Shown piece by piece: positions 22,801-35,856 of a stretch of DNA of 64,000 bases; within the stretch, counting starts at the first letter, position 1, and the number at the start of each line of letters is the position of its first letter. A program made the position numbers and the translations under genes. The notes beneath the pieces are model-generated. The model was not told the origin of the DNA, did no database searches, and was given only the letters and a program-made list of their open reading frames with translations. Source of the DNA: Callorhinchus milii (Eukaryota); NCBI RefSeq assembly GCF_018977255.1, contig NW_024704756.1, forward strand, positions 8,184,001-8,248,000, given 5' to 3'.

Positions 22801-25800
22801 CCCCTTCCTTTCTAGCTCAGGAAAAATAAGCTACTTTTAGCATCCCTGGTATTGCTCTGGCTGACTTCCACAGTTCCGGAACAGACACCACATTAGGCCT
22901 TCCTGATTTGAATTGGTTCAGTGTCACATCAGGCAGTTCATACTCACACTGAGGTATCTTAAAGGTCCCCTAGAAATCCGAGACTGACTGTTGTTCTATG
23001 AAGTTTATGCATCCTATTTTGCCCAATGTCAATGAAAAACCCATACACTGTCATTTTCATTTGAATAAAACATTTAACTTTTTTCTGCAGAGACTTACAT
23101 CAGATAAAGAGATGCTTGAAAGAGATGTGAACTTTAAATCTCAACAGTTGAAGGAATATATACAGATTGTGGAGACCGTGAGAGACAGCAACCGATCACT
23201 GCAGGTAGATAATTGTGTAGTTGTGCAGATGTGCTTATTTATTGTGTTACATTTTCTAAGCTGCTAATTTACTTTGTATTTTTGGTTCAGAATTCTATTA
23301 AGGAGAACAGCACAAATAACCGATCTCTTGAGGAGTTGGTCTTGACTCTGAGAAATTCAGAGGCAGATAAAGAGTTCCGCGTGAAAGAGTTAGAATACAG
23401 CAAGAGAGCTTTGGAACAGGAGATCGAGGCACTCAGACAACAGGTAGATAAACGACTTAGTTACTTTCACAGAATTGATTGTCGCATATTTCATTCAAGC
23501 AAAATAGAAATTGAAAGGAAAGAAATACATTTTTTAATTTGTTTGTTCAGTTTTTAATCAGGTTCATCCACACCGAGTCTTACCAACTATACATGAATGT
23601 GGAAACATTATTTTGACTACAATAGACTAAAATGTTGGTAAATATTTCAGTATGCACTTGGAACAAAGACTTAAGATCATCAATTTGTTTTAACTTAATC
23701 GTATGTTTTCTAAGAAATAATTATAAGGAATTTTTTTCTAAATTAACAATTACAGAAATATCAAAGTCAAAATTGATGGGTTTCTGATTTCTGAATGAAG
23801 GATTAATATATACCTGATTGTTTTTACTCTGCTAAGCATTTTTATGCCAGCATGCCAAAGAGTGATAACTCACATCCCAAAAAGCAATCCAGGATTTACA
23901 ATTCAGTTTTACAACTGTGCCTCCGTGTGCCTAAGTCTGGGCTTGACCTAATGGTATCTCTATCTGTGAAAGTGATGGTTTGTTTTCGATGAGGAAGCCT
24001 TATCTTCTCTTGGGAACACTCCACAATTGACTTATGGGAGTTGAAAATATTCGGTTACAACCAACACATAAATAGGAGACACTTGTATACTTTTCCCTCT
24101 GCCCCCCGCTCCCCCTTTTTTTGTCTACAATTTAATTTGAAGCAACTAATTGATGTCTTGGGAGAAGGATTATAAAGGTGGACCATATTTGGAAAGACAT
24201 AATATGAATCCTCAGAATTATAAAGTTTGATTAAAGATGTAGCAAGCAGACAGATGGCCTTCCCTAGGATGCCAGAAATTCTACACACTACTGCCAGAGA
24301 TCAGTGGCATAAATTACTGAAAAGCTCAGACACAAATCCTAATCAATAGGAATAGTTTTTTAAAAAGACAACAGTGTTTATTGCAGCAGTGACTCCTAGA
24401 TGTGGACATCTGCCATCGCAATGACCAGTCAAAGATTTGATCGTATGTTCCTCTTTGCACATCACATTTTAAAATGAAATGCATTCAAATTGGCTTAAAT
24501 TAAGCTTTAATTTTTCAATGTAGATGATCTGATTTTTGTCCTAGCCCTGGATTGAAAGGTGATCTATATCTTCCTTACACACTACAAAAAAAATGATTAT
24601 ACAGTCATCTGGTTCAAGTCTGTGATAAAGCAGAGTGCCTCAGCTGAATCTGAAGGTGAATGGCTGATTGATATTGCAGTAAAATCCTTGTGCGATATCA
24701 GATACTGTATTTAGTCTACCTTGCATTGATTTGGCAGAATTCTGATTCTGCAGACTTCAACAATGTCATTTGGCTCACAGTGAAAACCTTTTAAGGGAGC
24801 CTTGTCATCCTTTTAGTTCCTGGAAAAGCCCGCTAGAAAAACTGTTTTCTGATTTATTGCATTGGCTACTAGTACCCTGACAGATGTCTGGTGAATTTCG
24901 TTTACATTTTTGACAGAGCTGTGATTATTTTTTATGCTATTTAAAAATGACAGTCCAATGCCATTAATCCAAACACCAGTGGCTCTGACAGACCAGTATT
25001 CTGAACACTAGCAGATTTACATCATTGGCTAAAACTCTGTGTGAAATACCGTGTTTTTCTCAGATTGTTTCTCAGATTTATGTCCTCCCAATTGTTAATC
25101 CAAACAAGATGTTACTCCAGAATGTGTTTAGTTCCATTCTCGATTAGTATCGTGCGGTGGACTTGATAACTCAGCATATACACATATCTAAAACCTCAGT
25201 GTAGGCTTTGTTCTTTAAATTTTAATTACAGTATTTGATATTAAATTACATTAATTTTGTGAAAGGGACAGAATAACTTATTTTGACAGCCATTTCTTGC
25301 TGGTTAAACTCTTGTTGTTTGCAGTTGACTCGGAGCCCATCAAGTGCGTCCATCAACTCATCATTTAACCTGGAGATTTCTAACAATTACTATGAAATGG
25401 TCAACAAACTCCGTGAAGAAAAGGACAAGGAGGTCAATGCTTTGAGGGTAAGGAAGTTTTTATTTATTTTGTGCTGTTGATAATACAGTCCCTCTGCCCT
25501 TTCTATAGCAGTTTGCTTTAAGAATTCCTAATAATTTTCAACTTTACGCTCATTCTCAGGAACAATTCATTAACAAGTCATTATTAACATGTGCATACAA
25601 TATATGGTTTCAACTGCATCTGATCAAGGTCAACTTTCCCAACTCTGTAATTTGGGGAAAATAGCTTTATTTCAGGTTAATTGGTGTTGTAGCTGTTGAG
25701 CTCTAATAAAGAACGAATAATTGAGGTATTGTCTATCTAAATATACCATTCCAACTGACAGGGTGCTTATTGTATAAACTGTTTGATATTTTAAAAACTA

Positions 25801-28354
25801 TAATACTTCCCCTGGCAAACTATTCAATGGAAGAATGTGGTTTTCACCACTAAGATGGACTTTCCTACAATTAATTTTCAAATGATATGGAGTTTGCATT
25901 TATTCAATGCATTTTTCAGATCAACACTAACTGTGTCGTGTAATGAATAATAATATTCCTTGCATTTGATATAGCACTTTTCATGTCTTCTTAAGGTCTC
26001 AATGCGCGTCACAGAATATACAGTAAAGTGAATTGACTGTATATTTGTGGGCAAAACTGCAGTTTAATAGTGAATTTCTTACCCAAGAGGTTGGAGAATC
26101 TATGCCATTTGAACTAATTTATGCCCTTTAGGCACAGGTTATTCAGTTTGTTGCTATTTATTCAACATTTTCAGTCACAAATCAACAGCCTGAAGCAGCA
26201 TATGAGCTCAGACGAAGACAATTCAAGCAGCTTAAAGATGAAACTGATGGAATACATGAGCATGCTGAGCGAGAAGGAGACCCGCATCAAAGAACAGCAT
26301 GAGGTGGGTTCAAGTCATTCTAGCTTCCATCTGAACTCATTAACATTGTCAAGTCATATCGGATTTCCTGCCTGTGTATTTGTGCAAACTGAAATACACA
26401 AGACAGGGGAAGGGATGTTTTCTGACACAGCAAGATTTTCATTACATAATTATAATAGCATTTCCAGCATATGTTGGATCTGTGTCTGCAGATCTATAAC
26501 AGCACTGCACCACCACTTGTCGGTGTTAGTGAGGAATATATGAAATCTTGCGCGCTCTGGCCCTCCAATAGGACCAGGATTAAGCTGGAATCTCCTGATA
26601 AATGCTTTGGTTGCCTGACAACAGATGGTTGACATGGTGATATCAAGTCCTGGCATCTGTCCTGCCTTTGCTGATTAATGAATGTCACTCAGAGGTGCTG
26701 TAAGGAGCAATATGAATACACACTGCTGATATTTCTGTGTCATTATACCTGGAGCAGATCAACTCTTGGTTCAGATATAAATGTGGTATATAACACCTGC
26801 TGAATTCACCATGCAGGATCTCGATGCTGTAACATATTATTTTCAGTTACCATGAAACTCTGACCCTTGACTATTGAAGCCACTTTAACATTTACAAGAA
26901 TATACTTTAATCAAGGCAAATAGCTACACACATAGTTGCACACAATCATGCAACCAATCTCTTCAATTCTATTGATCCACAAAACATGTTTATGTCAGGG
27001 CAGAATTATCTAAAGGACAACAGAACATGATCCAAGGTTGTTAAGGATTATTTTAGGACAGAGACCAGGATGTAGGTTTGGCTGATCTTGAAAGACGAGA
27101 ACAAATGGGTAGGAGTGTGGGTATTGTTTATCTCACCCACTTTGTCACATGAAGCAACTATTCCCAGCTTTGTTTTCAAACATTATTAACTTGTCATTTG
27201 ATTGTTTTAACCTCGTTCCCAGGAAATCATGAGACTAAAATCGTCATCACGTGGACCAGACAAGAACATATCACAAACAATCATCACAAAGCGGTAATTT
27301 ACTTTATTAATATTATTACGTGTGAAGAATTAATTGAATTGTTAGCTTATGTAGTTGACACAAATTGAATTCTCAAACTGCCAGCAATCTATTTTAAGTG
27401 TTTTGATTGAATTATGTCAAAGCACATACAAGTTTATTTGTATGTATGAATGTTATTTTTTCTCCCCAAAAGCATGATAACCATTTCTCAAATTACTGCA
27501 TTGAGGCCATTGTCTTTTAGACACTTATTAAAAACTTGAATGTGTGCAACACGTATACACCATATGTGCACTGAGCATGCAACATTTCAATGATGGGAAA
27601 TGCATGATATTGCAAGTGTCAGATCCTTGGGACACTCTCCCGATGTGAATGGCACTATATAAATCCAATTTATTGTTGTGTTATGGAAAGCACTGTAACT
27701 TGGTGAGATAAAAAAGTAAACTTTTTTTTAAGACTGCATTCAGGTGAATGACTAGTATGCATTACATCAAGTTGGTCTCCAACAACTTGGAATTCAATGG
27801 AATTCACTTGGGTTTGAGTAACATGATCTCCAAAAGACTTGCTGACAGTAAATTAGCATGAAGATCCTCCTGTTTTGATCTCTGAATCAGATAAGAGCAT
27901 GGGCTTATTTGCACAGGCAACTAGGTAAAATAGATGCAATGCGTGTATGTATAAAACTCACTCAAAATATTCACACCTCCAATAATGGGAGTACGAATAT
28001 TTTGAGTGAGTTTTATTCCATTTCTAAAAAGATTAATAAATGATAAAACATGCAAAGTTTCTGTCCATTTGCCATTAGTTCTGTGAAATTCTAAGGAAAC
28101 CACAGGAATGCAAGTGATGCTAAAATTGTAATCCGTTGACATTTTACTGCAGCGTTGCTTTTCAAGTTTGTGCTGATTTAATTGAGAATGTGAAGCTAAA
28201 TGTCAGACTATTCAAATGTTAGTATTGTAATACTGTTCTTAATTTATTTCCTGGATCTAGATACCTTGAATATCCCATACTCGGCCTCCTGAAAGACAGC
28301 AAAGCTATTTCACCTAGTAAAGGAATATATTCCATTACCACTGGCAGAATATAG
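7758..28354 (+). CDS. POF1B: POF1B (actin-binding coiled-coil protein), spliced CDS; N-terminus may extend upstream
   Basis: Exons 7758-7880, 9234-9368, 14084-14226, 19647-19680, 20623-20703, 21744-21836, 23091-23204, 23291-23443, 25325-25447, 26175-26303, 27223-27293, 28261-28354. All are AG/GT bounded and phase-compatible, giving 430 aa then TAG. Peptides KLDPRYFGELLA, EDIESLIPKGVSELTKQQIRYLLQ, KELEYSKRALEQE and YPILGLL match human POF1B as I remember it. Confidence 0.93.
9234..9368 (+). CDS. POF1B: POF1B exon, Ser-rich (TTNLGREY...SPSQMLQ)
   Basis: ccccaacag acceptor, CAG|GTAATT donor, 135 nt, phase 0-0. Confidence 0.72.
12200..12470 (+). mobile_element. Old DeuSINE (SacSINE1-like)
   Basis: CTCCTGGTGTCCTGGCCAAC ... 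CAAATTGGCTGC ... GTGAAGTGCTTTG ... CTATATCAAATG. Confidence 0.72.
14084..14226 (+). CDS. POF1B: POF1B exon (KLDPRYFGELLA)
   Basis: Signature POF1B peptide; cag acceptor, GTAAGT donor. Confidence 0.95.
14398..14620 (+). mobile_element. SINE, older long subfamily, 5'-truncated
   Basis: TAGGAACCTGG...GATTGGCAGAT block, then Deu core and tail. Confidence 0.82.
15530..15845 (-). mobile_element. Degenerate CR1 3' fragment
   Basis: GGAAACAGGCCAATTGACCCAA tail similar to the copy at 47415-47810. Confidence 0.65.
16252..16567 (-). mobile_element. SINE, full length, young
   Basis: Near-identical to 22191-22506. Confidence 0.93.
18060..18373 (+). mobile_element. SINE, near full length, young
   Basis: Near-identical to 22191-22506. 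Confidence 0.93.
19647..19680 (+). CDS. POF1B: POF1B 34-nt microexon (RYYLELNKEYN)
   Basis: ttttttcaacag acceptor, GTAAGT donor; needed to restore phase from 2 to 0. Confidence 0.85.
20623..20703 (+). CDS. POF1B: POF1B exon (DSNEDIESLIPKGVSELTKQQIRYLLQ)
   Basis: Near-identical to the human peptide; canonical splice sites. Confidence 0.95.
21744..21836 (+). CDS. POF1B: POF1B exon (MRITVDRSLRLLLSTF...LQDDLN)
   Basis: ctctttag acceptor, GTACGT donor; matches human MRGMSDKSLRLVLSTF. Confidence 0.92.
22191..22506 (+). mobile_element. SINE, full length, young (A box TAGCTCAGTGG, anticodon-like TGC loop, B box GTTCAATTCC)
   Basis: tRNA head, Deu-like GCTGTGCTCAATTGGCTGCCGCG core, hairpin tail, (TTA)n. 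Confidence 0.94.
23091..23204 (+). CDS. POF1B: POF1B coiled-coil exon (RLTSDKEMLERDVNFKSQQLKEY...)
   Basis: Canonical splice sites, 114 nt. Confidence 0.92.
23291..23443 (+). CDS. POF1B: POF1B coiled-coil exon (...KELEYSKRALEQEIEALRQQ)
   Basis: Canonical splice sites, 153 nt, preceded by an 86-nt intron. Confidence 0.92.
25325..25447 (+). CDS. POF1B: POF1B exon (...NNYYEMVNKLREEKDKEVNALR)
   Basis: Canonical splice sites; matches human NHYTEMVKNLRMEKDRE. Confidence 0.92.
25945..26060 (-). mobile_element. SINE 3' fragment
   Basis: Tail-only copy. Confidence 0.75.
26175..26303 (+). CDS. POF1B: POF1B exon (SQINSLKQ...EKETRIKEQHE)
   Basis: Canonical splice sites, 129 nt. Confidence 0.9.
27223..27293 (+). 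CDS. POF1B: POF1B exon (EIMRLKSS...QTIITKR)
   Basis: Canonical splice sites, phase 0 to 2; matches human TTITTKK. Confidence 0.88.
28261..28354 (+). CDS. POF1B: POF1B last coding exon (YLEYPILGLL...GRI*)
   Basis: YPILGLL motif; TAG at 28352-28354. Confidence 0.9.
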
Positions 28355-29262
28355 ACTGGTATGATTGGTATGATCTTTACTTATTGTTTTCCATTCTCTT
28401 CAGTTAATGCTCCCACTCCCCTCTTTTAGTCCTAAAATGTTATTCCATTTTGTCATTGTGTGGTTTAGTCAGTAGGCAATCAGAGACAAGACATTAAGGC
28501 TTCTAGACAATGGGAATCAGATTTGGTAGTTCTCTTCAGAACTTTCAAAATCACAGAATATTACTGGCTGGCTTGAAGAGTATGCCACACATTGATGCTT
28601 TAGTTTTATTAACGTGAATAGTTTGTCGACTGCTATGGGACTGAGCCATTGTTACAGCAAAGTACAGTGGGACGTCCTCCCGATGTGAAAGGCGCTCTAT
28701 AAATGGAATCTTGTTGTTGTTGTTGTATTTTCCGGCTCCAGTCTTTGAACCAGAACTCAGGCTTATCTGAAATTGTACAGGAAAATATTAACCATTGCTT
28801 GCATTGAAAGGAACTCAACATTTCAGCTTTGTAATTTTTGTTCTTATGCTTCTGGAGCATGCGTGCGTTTTTCTGCGATTGCTTGACATAGAGACTCTAA
28901 TTTCCTCATCTGATAGCTCATGTGTCCCATGTCTGTTTCCCAGTGACAATTCCATTTCAGCAATAATAACAGTACAGTGAACTGACTTTTTTAAAAATGA
29001 TTACCAGCCCTGTAAAATATACACTTTCCACTATATTCAGTAGCATGAGTTTAAATGGGACCTTTCTTTAATTACTAGACTATCCTACGCATCTGTGACT
29101 TAGCTTCTAGATGCGGTTAATGTAGACCTAATGTAACATTATTCTAAGTCGTGCATTGAGGAAAATTAGAATCATTTCAACAAATTTAACCTGAAAATAT
29201 AGATATCTAATTATTATTGTGCAGGAACGTCTTAAATGTTTTTTTTTCCTTTTTCACATTAG

Positions 29263-29640
29263 GAATACAGTAGCTTTCTTCAAACTCCAGTGGGTTGGGA
29301 TGTCAAGTATTGGATTTTGACACAAGTTACTTACAAGACTGTTCACTTGGCCATGTCCTTTCTTATGCTTGGATTAGAAGGTTGAGACATCTCACAGTAT
29401 TTTTTTCATTGGATCTTCTATCAACAACATACTTACAAATACATTTATTGTTTTACTCCTGTTTTGGGATGATTTGGAAGTTGATATAAACTGATGTGAT
29501 ATTAACTTCTGATTTGGGTGTGAGGGTTTCTTTATGTCATATATGAATGAAATAAGATTTGTGTTTCTTTTCTAGCTTTCTAGATTAAATAGGCATTTGT
29601 TGAAGTTTAATCATGTAAAATTGAGATTTAATTAAACTGT
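29263..29640 (+). other. POF1B: Putative non-coding terminal exon / 3'UTR of POF1B
   Basis: Strong acceptor ttttttttcctttttcacattag ending at 29262; donor CTG|GTATGA at 28358/28359; ATTAAA at 29584 and 29631. The end coordinate is approximate. Confidence 0.5.
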
Positions 29641-30022
29641 AGTAAGATATAAATTAAGTGGGTATAAATTGAACAGTCTATTTCATTTAATCTTGCATTT
29701 GTAATGAAAACTGGTACCAGTGTTGCCAAAGATGTATGTATACTCACCATACCTGAAATTTGCATTGCAGCATTGGATGGGGTTTATTCTGAAGTACTTT
29801 CACTTAATGTTAACCTTTTTATATAAAAAAAATTCTGGTATACTAAAGAGCCATTCATGAATCAGTGGTTGCCGATTCTGCTGGTTGCAGAAATAGAATG
29901 TAAAAATGTATAGAATGCCATCAAAACTGAGCTGAGTCTCTTTGAATAGTCCAAAGCAAGATTTGGTTTAAAACAATTATCATGAAAAAGTTATGCAAGA
30001 AGTAAATGTTTGAACAACAGTA

Positions 30023-30090
30023 AACAACAAAATTACATTTGTATAGCGCCTTTCATATCGGGAGGACGTCCCAAGGCACTGGACAGACAG
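30023..30090 (-). mobile_element. L2-type 3' tail fragment
   Basis: Matches the tail of the L2 at 61471. Confidence 0.7.
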
Positions 30091-30684
30091 TTATGAACCT
30101 TAAGACCCAATGTCCATCTTACCTGGAGGGTGGGGGGGGGCAAACTCCATTCTGATTTAGCCATAGCAATTTACAGCACAGAAGGTTGTTCAACCCATTG
30201 TGTGTGCTGGCTTTTTAAAAGAGCAATCCAACACAGAAATACAATAGAAATTGGGCAGAAATACATTAATGTTTTTCACCCAATAACCATACCATGAGGT
30301 TTATTACCCAAGAATCTGTGTTCCCAGCAAAAAAAATTACAATTGACCCCATTCAGGCCACCCCTACCTCTCCGGGTTCACCCACATTTATTGAACATGA
30401 AATGATTTGACTTTGTCTATCAAGTTTATGTAAATAGGCAAATATGTACATTTCATTGTAATTCTTCCAGCCTGAGTGACTTTTTATGCGGTCTGTCCAA
30501 TTTGCAGGCAACCTAATGCACGATGTGTTACCTGTACTGAAACCAAATGTATCTGTAGAATATCTAAATAAAACGATTTGTCTCAACTTATTGTTTGGGT
30601 TTTATATATTTTTCCAGAAATTAGCTGAAAGTACTAATACATTCTCTTCTTCCACTAGATTTCACCCACAAAATACAGTCAATC

Positions 30685-33255
30685 CATAAGACTATAAGAC
30701 GTAGCAGCAGGAGTAGGCCATTCAGCCCCTCGAGCTTGCCACACCATTTAATAAGATCATGGCTGATCTAATCTAATTCCATTTATCTGCCCTATTCCCA
30801 TATCCCTAATCCCTCTATCCTTCAGAAATCTATCAACCTCAGTCTTGAATATGTTCAAAGACTGAGCATCCACAGCCTTCTGGGGTAGAGAATTCCACAA
30901 ATTCACTCCCCTTTGAGTGAAGAAATGTTTCCTCAACTCAGTTCGCAAAGGCTGACCCTTAATCTTGAGACTATGACCCCTAGTTTTAGATTTTCCAACA
31001 AGGGGAAACAGCATCTATCCTGACAAGACCCTTAAGAATCTTAAAGGTTTCATAAGATCACCTCCAATTCTTCTATATTCTAGTTTACTCAACCTATCCT
31101 CATCGGTCAATCCCCTCATCCCAGGAACCAACCTAGTGAATCTACACTGAACCCTCTCTAAGGCAAGTATATCCTTTCTTAAATAAGGAGACCAAAACTG
31201 CACACAATATTCTAGGTGCGGTCTCACCAAGGCTTTATACAACTGCAGCAAGACTCCCCTACTCTTGTAATCTAACCCTTTTGCAACAAACGCCAACATG
31301 GCATTAGCTGTACCTGCATACTAACTTTCTGTGACTGGTGTACAAGGAAACCCAAATCCCTCCGACACTATACCTAGTCTCTCCCCCTCTAGAAAATAAT
31401 CCTCTTTTCTATTTTTACTATCTAGGTGAATAACTTCACACTTCCCCACATTATACTCCATCTGCCACCTTCTTGCCCACTCACCTAGCCTGTCTATTTC
31501 CCTTTGCATTCTTCGTGTGTCATCCTCACAGCTTACTCTCCCACCTATCTTCGTGAATTTACTCTATTTCCTCATCTAAATATAGACTGTAAATAATTGA
31601 GGCCCAAGCATTGATCCTTGTGGCACTGCACTTGTCACATCGAATGCCTTCTGGAAATCCAAATGTACCACATCTACTCGTTCCCCCCTATCTAAACTGC
31701 TGGTTACATCCTCAAAAAAAACATATAAGATTTGTTAAACATGATTTCCTTTTCGTAAAGTCATGTTGACTCTGCCTAATCATGTTATGATTTTCTAAGT
31801 ACCCCATGACAATACCCCATGAAAACGTCCCTAATTAAGGACTCTAGAATTTTCCTTACCACCAATGTCAGACTAACTGGTCTATAGTTCCCCATTTTTT
31901 TGTCTCCCACCCTTCTTAAATATTGGCGTTATGTTTGCGACCTTCCAATCAATGGGAACCATTCCAGAATCCAGGGAGTTTTGGAAGATCAAAAACAAAG
32001 CATCCACCATCTCTGCAGTCACCTCTTTTAAAACCAGGGGATTTATCGGTTTTTAATCCTATTAATTTCACTAGTACTATTGCTTTACTGATGTTCATTT
32101 TTAAGTTCCTCACTAACATTAGCCTCCAGTTTTTAGTGTCCTCTAATATGAAGACAGAAGCAAAATATTTGTTTTGATGACTCTGCCATTTCTTTATTTC
32201 CCATTATAATATCTCCTGTCTCTGCCTGTAATGGACTCACATTCACTTTATGTACTTGTAAAAACTATTACAATCTGTCTTTATGTTCCTAGCTAGTTTA
32301 CCCTTATATTCCATTTTCTCCCCCTTAATCAGTTTCTTGGTTTTCCTTTGCTGTTCTCTAAAGCACTCCCAATCCTTAGGTTTACTACTCTTTTTGGCAG
32401 TATTATATAGGCCTCTTCTTTTAATTTTATACTTCCCTAACTTCTCTAGTTAGCCAAGGTTGAAACACTTTTCCCGTGGTATTTTTATTTTTCAATATGT
32501 GATCTCTGGAAATTATGTATTATATCCTTAAATGTTTGCCATTGCTGGTCTAACGTCATATTTTTAAATCTAATTTCCCAGTCTATTTCCTCTAATTTCC
32601 TGATTAATACCCTGCCCAATACTGTAACTGCTGTTTGGGGATCTATAAACTACTCCCACTAGTGTTTTCTGCCCCTTGTTGTTTCTTACCTCCACCCATA
32701 CTGACTACATCTTGATTTTCTGATTTAAAATCCTTCCTTTCTACTGTTTTTATCTCATCCTTCATTAGCAGGGATACCCCCCCACCTCATTTTCCACATC
32801 ACCTATTTTTCCTATTCGAATACCCCAGAATGTTTAGCTCCCACCCTTGAACTCCCTGTAACCACATAATAATAATCCTTGCATTTGATATAGCGCTTTT
32901 CACGTCGGGAGGACGTCCCAAAGCGCTTCACAGAACTCACTGTAAAGTGAATTGACTGTATAGTTGTGGGCGAACGCGGCAGCCAATTGCGCACAGCAAT
33001 GTCCCACAAACAGTCGTAGATTGAAAATGACCAATTTATTTATTGTTTTTGGTTTTGGAGGGATTATTATTAGGCATATGGAGTAAGGAAACTTGCCCAA
33101 GGTTTCGCCCTGCCTGGAATTGAACTCAGGTCTCTCGCTTGCAAAGTGAGTGCTCTAACCACTGAGCTACAGGACTCCACAACATCTCAGTAATAGCCAC
33201 TAGATTGTACCCATTTATGTCTATTTGTGCATCTTGTTCATCTATCTTGTTATGA
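30685..33255 (-). mobile_element. CR1 LINE relic (ORF2 endonuclease to 3' tail, many deletions) interrupted by a SINE
   Basis: LVRPHLEYCVQFWSP, WARRWQMEYNVGKCEVIH, TRGHSLKI...FFTQRGVNLWNSLP and NKIDE...LVAITE relics; shark-type tail. Confidence 0.92.
32866..33178 (-). mobile_element. SINE, full length, nested in CR1
   Basis: Splits the CR1 endonuclease motif AITE/WLQG. Confidence 0.93.
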
Positions 33256-33352
33256 AATGTAATCCACTTTACAATATATTCTGTGAAACGCTTTGGAGAC
33301 GTTTCAACGATGTGATAAGGCAGTATATCAAATGCTAGGATTATTATTATTT
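33256..33352 (+). mobile_element. SINE 3' fragment
   Basis: Older tail type. Confidence 0.75.
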
Positions 33353-35850
33353 GACTAAAAAATTGCAAGGCTTAAAGGTGGTGGTGTGTGGGGTGAAAGG
33401 ATTAAAATTGGACTGTTCTAACAAACAAAACTCAAGATGGAGTCTAATGTGGGAAACTCCTTCTGTTAATTGCAAACATAACACTCCAACCATTGGGAAC
33501 TCTGCTCTGCTTTGAAATCATACCAGCATGACTTAATGCAAAAAAAGTATCCGATTATAACTCCACCAATGACTGGTAAACAAATCTTGTAGCTTTATGT
33601 AAGTATATCATTCACATACAAAACACTACTTATCCTGACCTTGACCTTGGTGATGGAATATCTGTTTTCTCATGATTTGAACTAACACATCTAAATATTT
33701 TAAATAGATGTTATATGTAACAAGTGGACACTTGACTCAATCTGCCCCTTTGTATGCCATCTTATACTCATTCCTGCACCACCCATTTTAATGTCATTAT
33801 TTACTCATTTTGTACTTAGGTTCTCAAAACATTCTCGGGTAACATGCCATACTGGTTTTTCCAGTTTATGCAAACGGCATCTCTATAACTCGAGCCAATT
33901 TATTTGTCTATTACTAAACTGAATATAAAATGTCTTGTTACAAGTATGTATGATCACCTTGAGGCACACCCAATAAAGAAACTAGCTCATGCATTTCAAG
34001 CTGTACAGCCATACATAGTAAGAAAGTTTGAATGGTGGAATTGAAAGGTAGAGCACAAATTCTCATGACTGGAACATTATGCAGTACTACCCGAAAATTC
34101 AAAACACTTTGGGGAATTGCCGTACAGCTTAGTTTTGGAATGTGACTCACAAAAAGGTGGTTACGAATGAATGATCAACTTATGGGAGTATCAAGTGGAA
34201 CATTTAGTAAATACATTCTGTACATAAAAATTAAACTCGCAAGTGAGGACTTATTCTCTTTGGCCATGCCTTCAGCTCCCTTCTCGACTCTCTACCCCCT
34301 CCAAACTGCCCATGCTCACTCTCTCTTAGATCTTTACCTTCCTTTGAGCATTCAACTTTCCTCCTTGGGTACATCTGTTCTTTGCTCTTTCCTGGGGCTC
34401 ATTCAGTCAATAAAAAGACGGTGAGTAATTTCTGTTCCATCAAGACACTTGCTCACCAAAATTCTGTCTAATTGCAAAACTTAGCAAAAGTTTCACTGGT
34501 CTGTGCTGGGCAGATGTTCAAATTTCCAACAAAGTGAAGAATCACAACCCACCTTATCCAAAAAAAACTATTGTAGCAAACACTAGCCATGCAGTTGTTT
34601 AACTTTAAATGAACAAAGGAGTCTGAACTCAAATATGTCGAAAAGGGATTCACTTTGTGAAACATTCTGGTAAAAAGTACCAGAGCAGAGCTGTTTTAAA
34701 TGAAATATACTGCCATAAGTAATGCAAATAAATTATTAAGAGTCCAATATCAACTCTATTATATGTAATTGAAATGGTTCCTAATCCTTTTTGTAAGTAA
34801 ATAAGTTAATTTCCTCTCTTTTACATTCCGTCCCCCTTGAGATAAAGGCCAACATCCCATCGGCCTTTTTGATAACTTTTCGTACTTGTGCTTTTTGCCC
34901 AGCAGAACTTTTCCGTACAACTTTCTTTCTACACTTGATGGTTCGCGGAAACCAATTTGAAAATGTGAGAGTCGAACCTTACCACATCCTGAAAAGTTTA
35001 CATTTGCCTGTTCATTTACAATATTAACTAAATGTAGTTTTTCATTCCAGAAGATGCTTTCATTATCAAGTATATTAACAATGGTAACTCCTAATTGTGG
35101 TTAAAGCCTCTGCCACGTGATGGCGACAATGAGCAAATGCAGCTCGACAGGTCCCCCACCTTGTGGCACATTGAACAACTGCATTGCCTCAATACATCAA
35201 ACACTGAACCCTCGTCTAATGCGGGTATTATTGTTGCTACATTTATAACTGTTCCTACATTTATTTCAGCAACAATGCAATTAAGATTAAAAGGAGAGCC
35301 TCTCCATAAAATTTGATTACTCACGTTTCATGCAGATGGTATGATAATTCAATGCCGTCGTTGCAAATAAAGGAGTATATCAGCCAACAAGGAAAGCATA
35401 AGGATGCGAAAACCGTTTATGGAGAATTCAGTTCAAAATCTGCCATTTACAGTATTTCACTTTGTAGGAGTTTGCACAGAATTGAATACGTAAACCATCA
35501 AATGCTTTAATGGGATGGAAACCAGTTCAAAAAAAAAGTATGGATAAAGGGGGATAAAACATTAAATACACAAGGAGATGAAGAGCCCACAAGAATCAAT
35601 GTAAGAAATTTGAGAAAGATGAATATCTTCATTTCCATCTGAGCGCTCTCAGACGCTGCCCTGCTCCTGTATCTCAAGGAGTTCCTTGAGATGCAGCAAC
35701 TAAAGAACAAAATCATCAGATTGAACAACATGAAATCTGAAGGATGAACCTACCATCATCAACTGCCCACAAAGCAGCTGCACAACGTGCTCCTGGTCAG
35801 GGCTCAAGTGGGTAACTGACTCTGAAAGAACTCTATGCAACAGATGCAGT

Positions 35851-35856
35851 TTTATT
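35851..35856 (-). terminator. Putative ZNF711 polyadenylation signal AATAAA (3'UTR about 1.2 kb); alternative at 36584-36589
   Basis: TTTATT on + at the end of an AT-rich, repeat-free stretch downstream of the stop codon. Confidence 0.5.
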
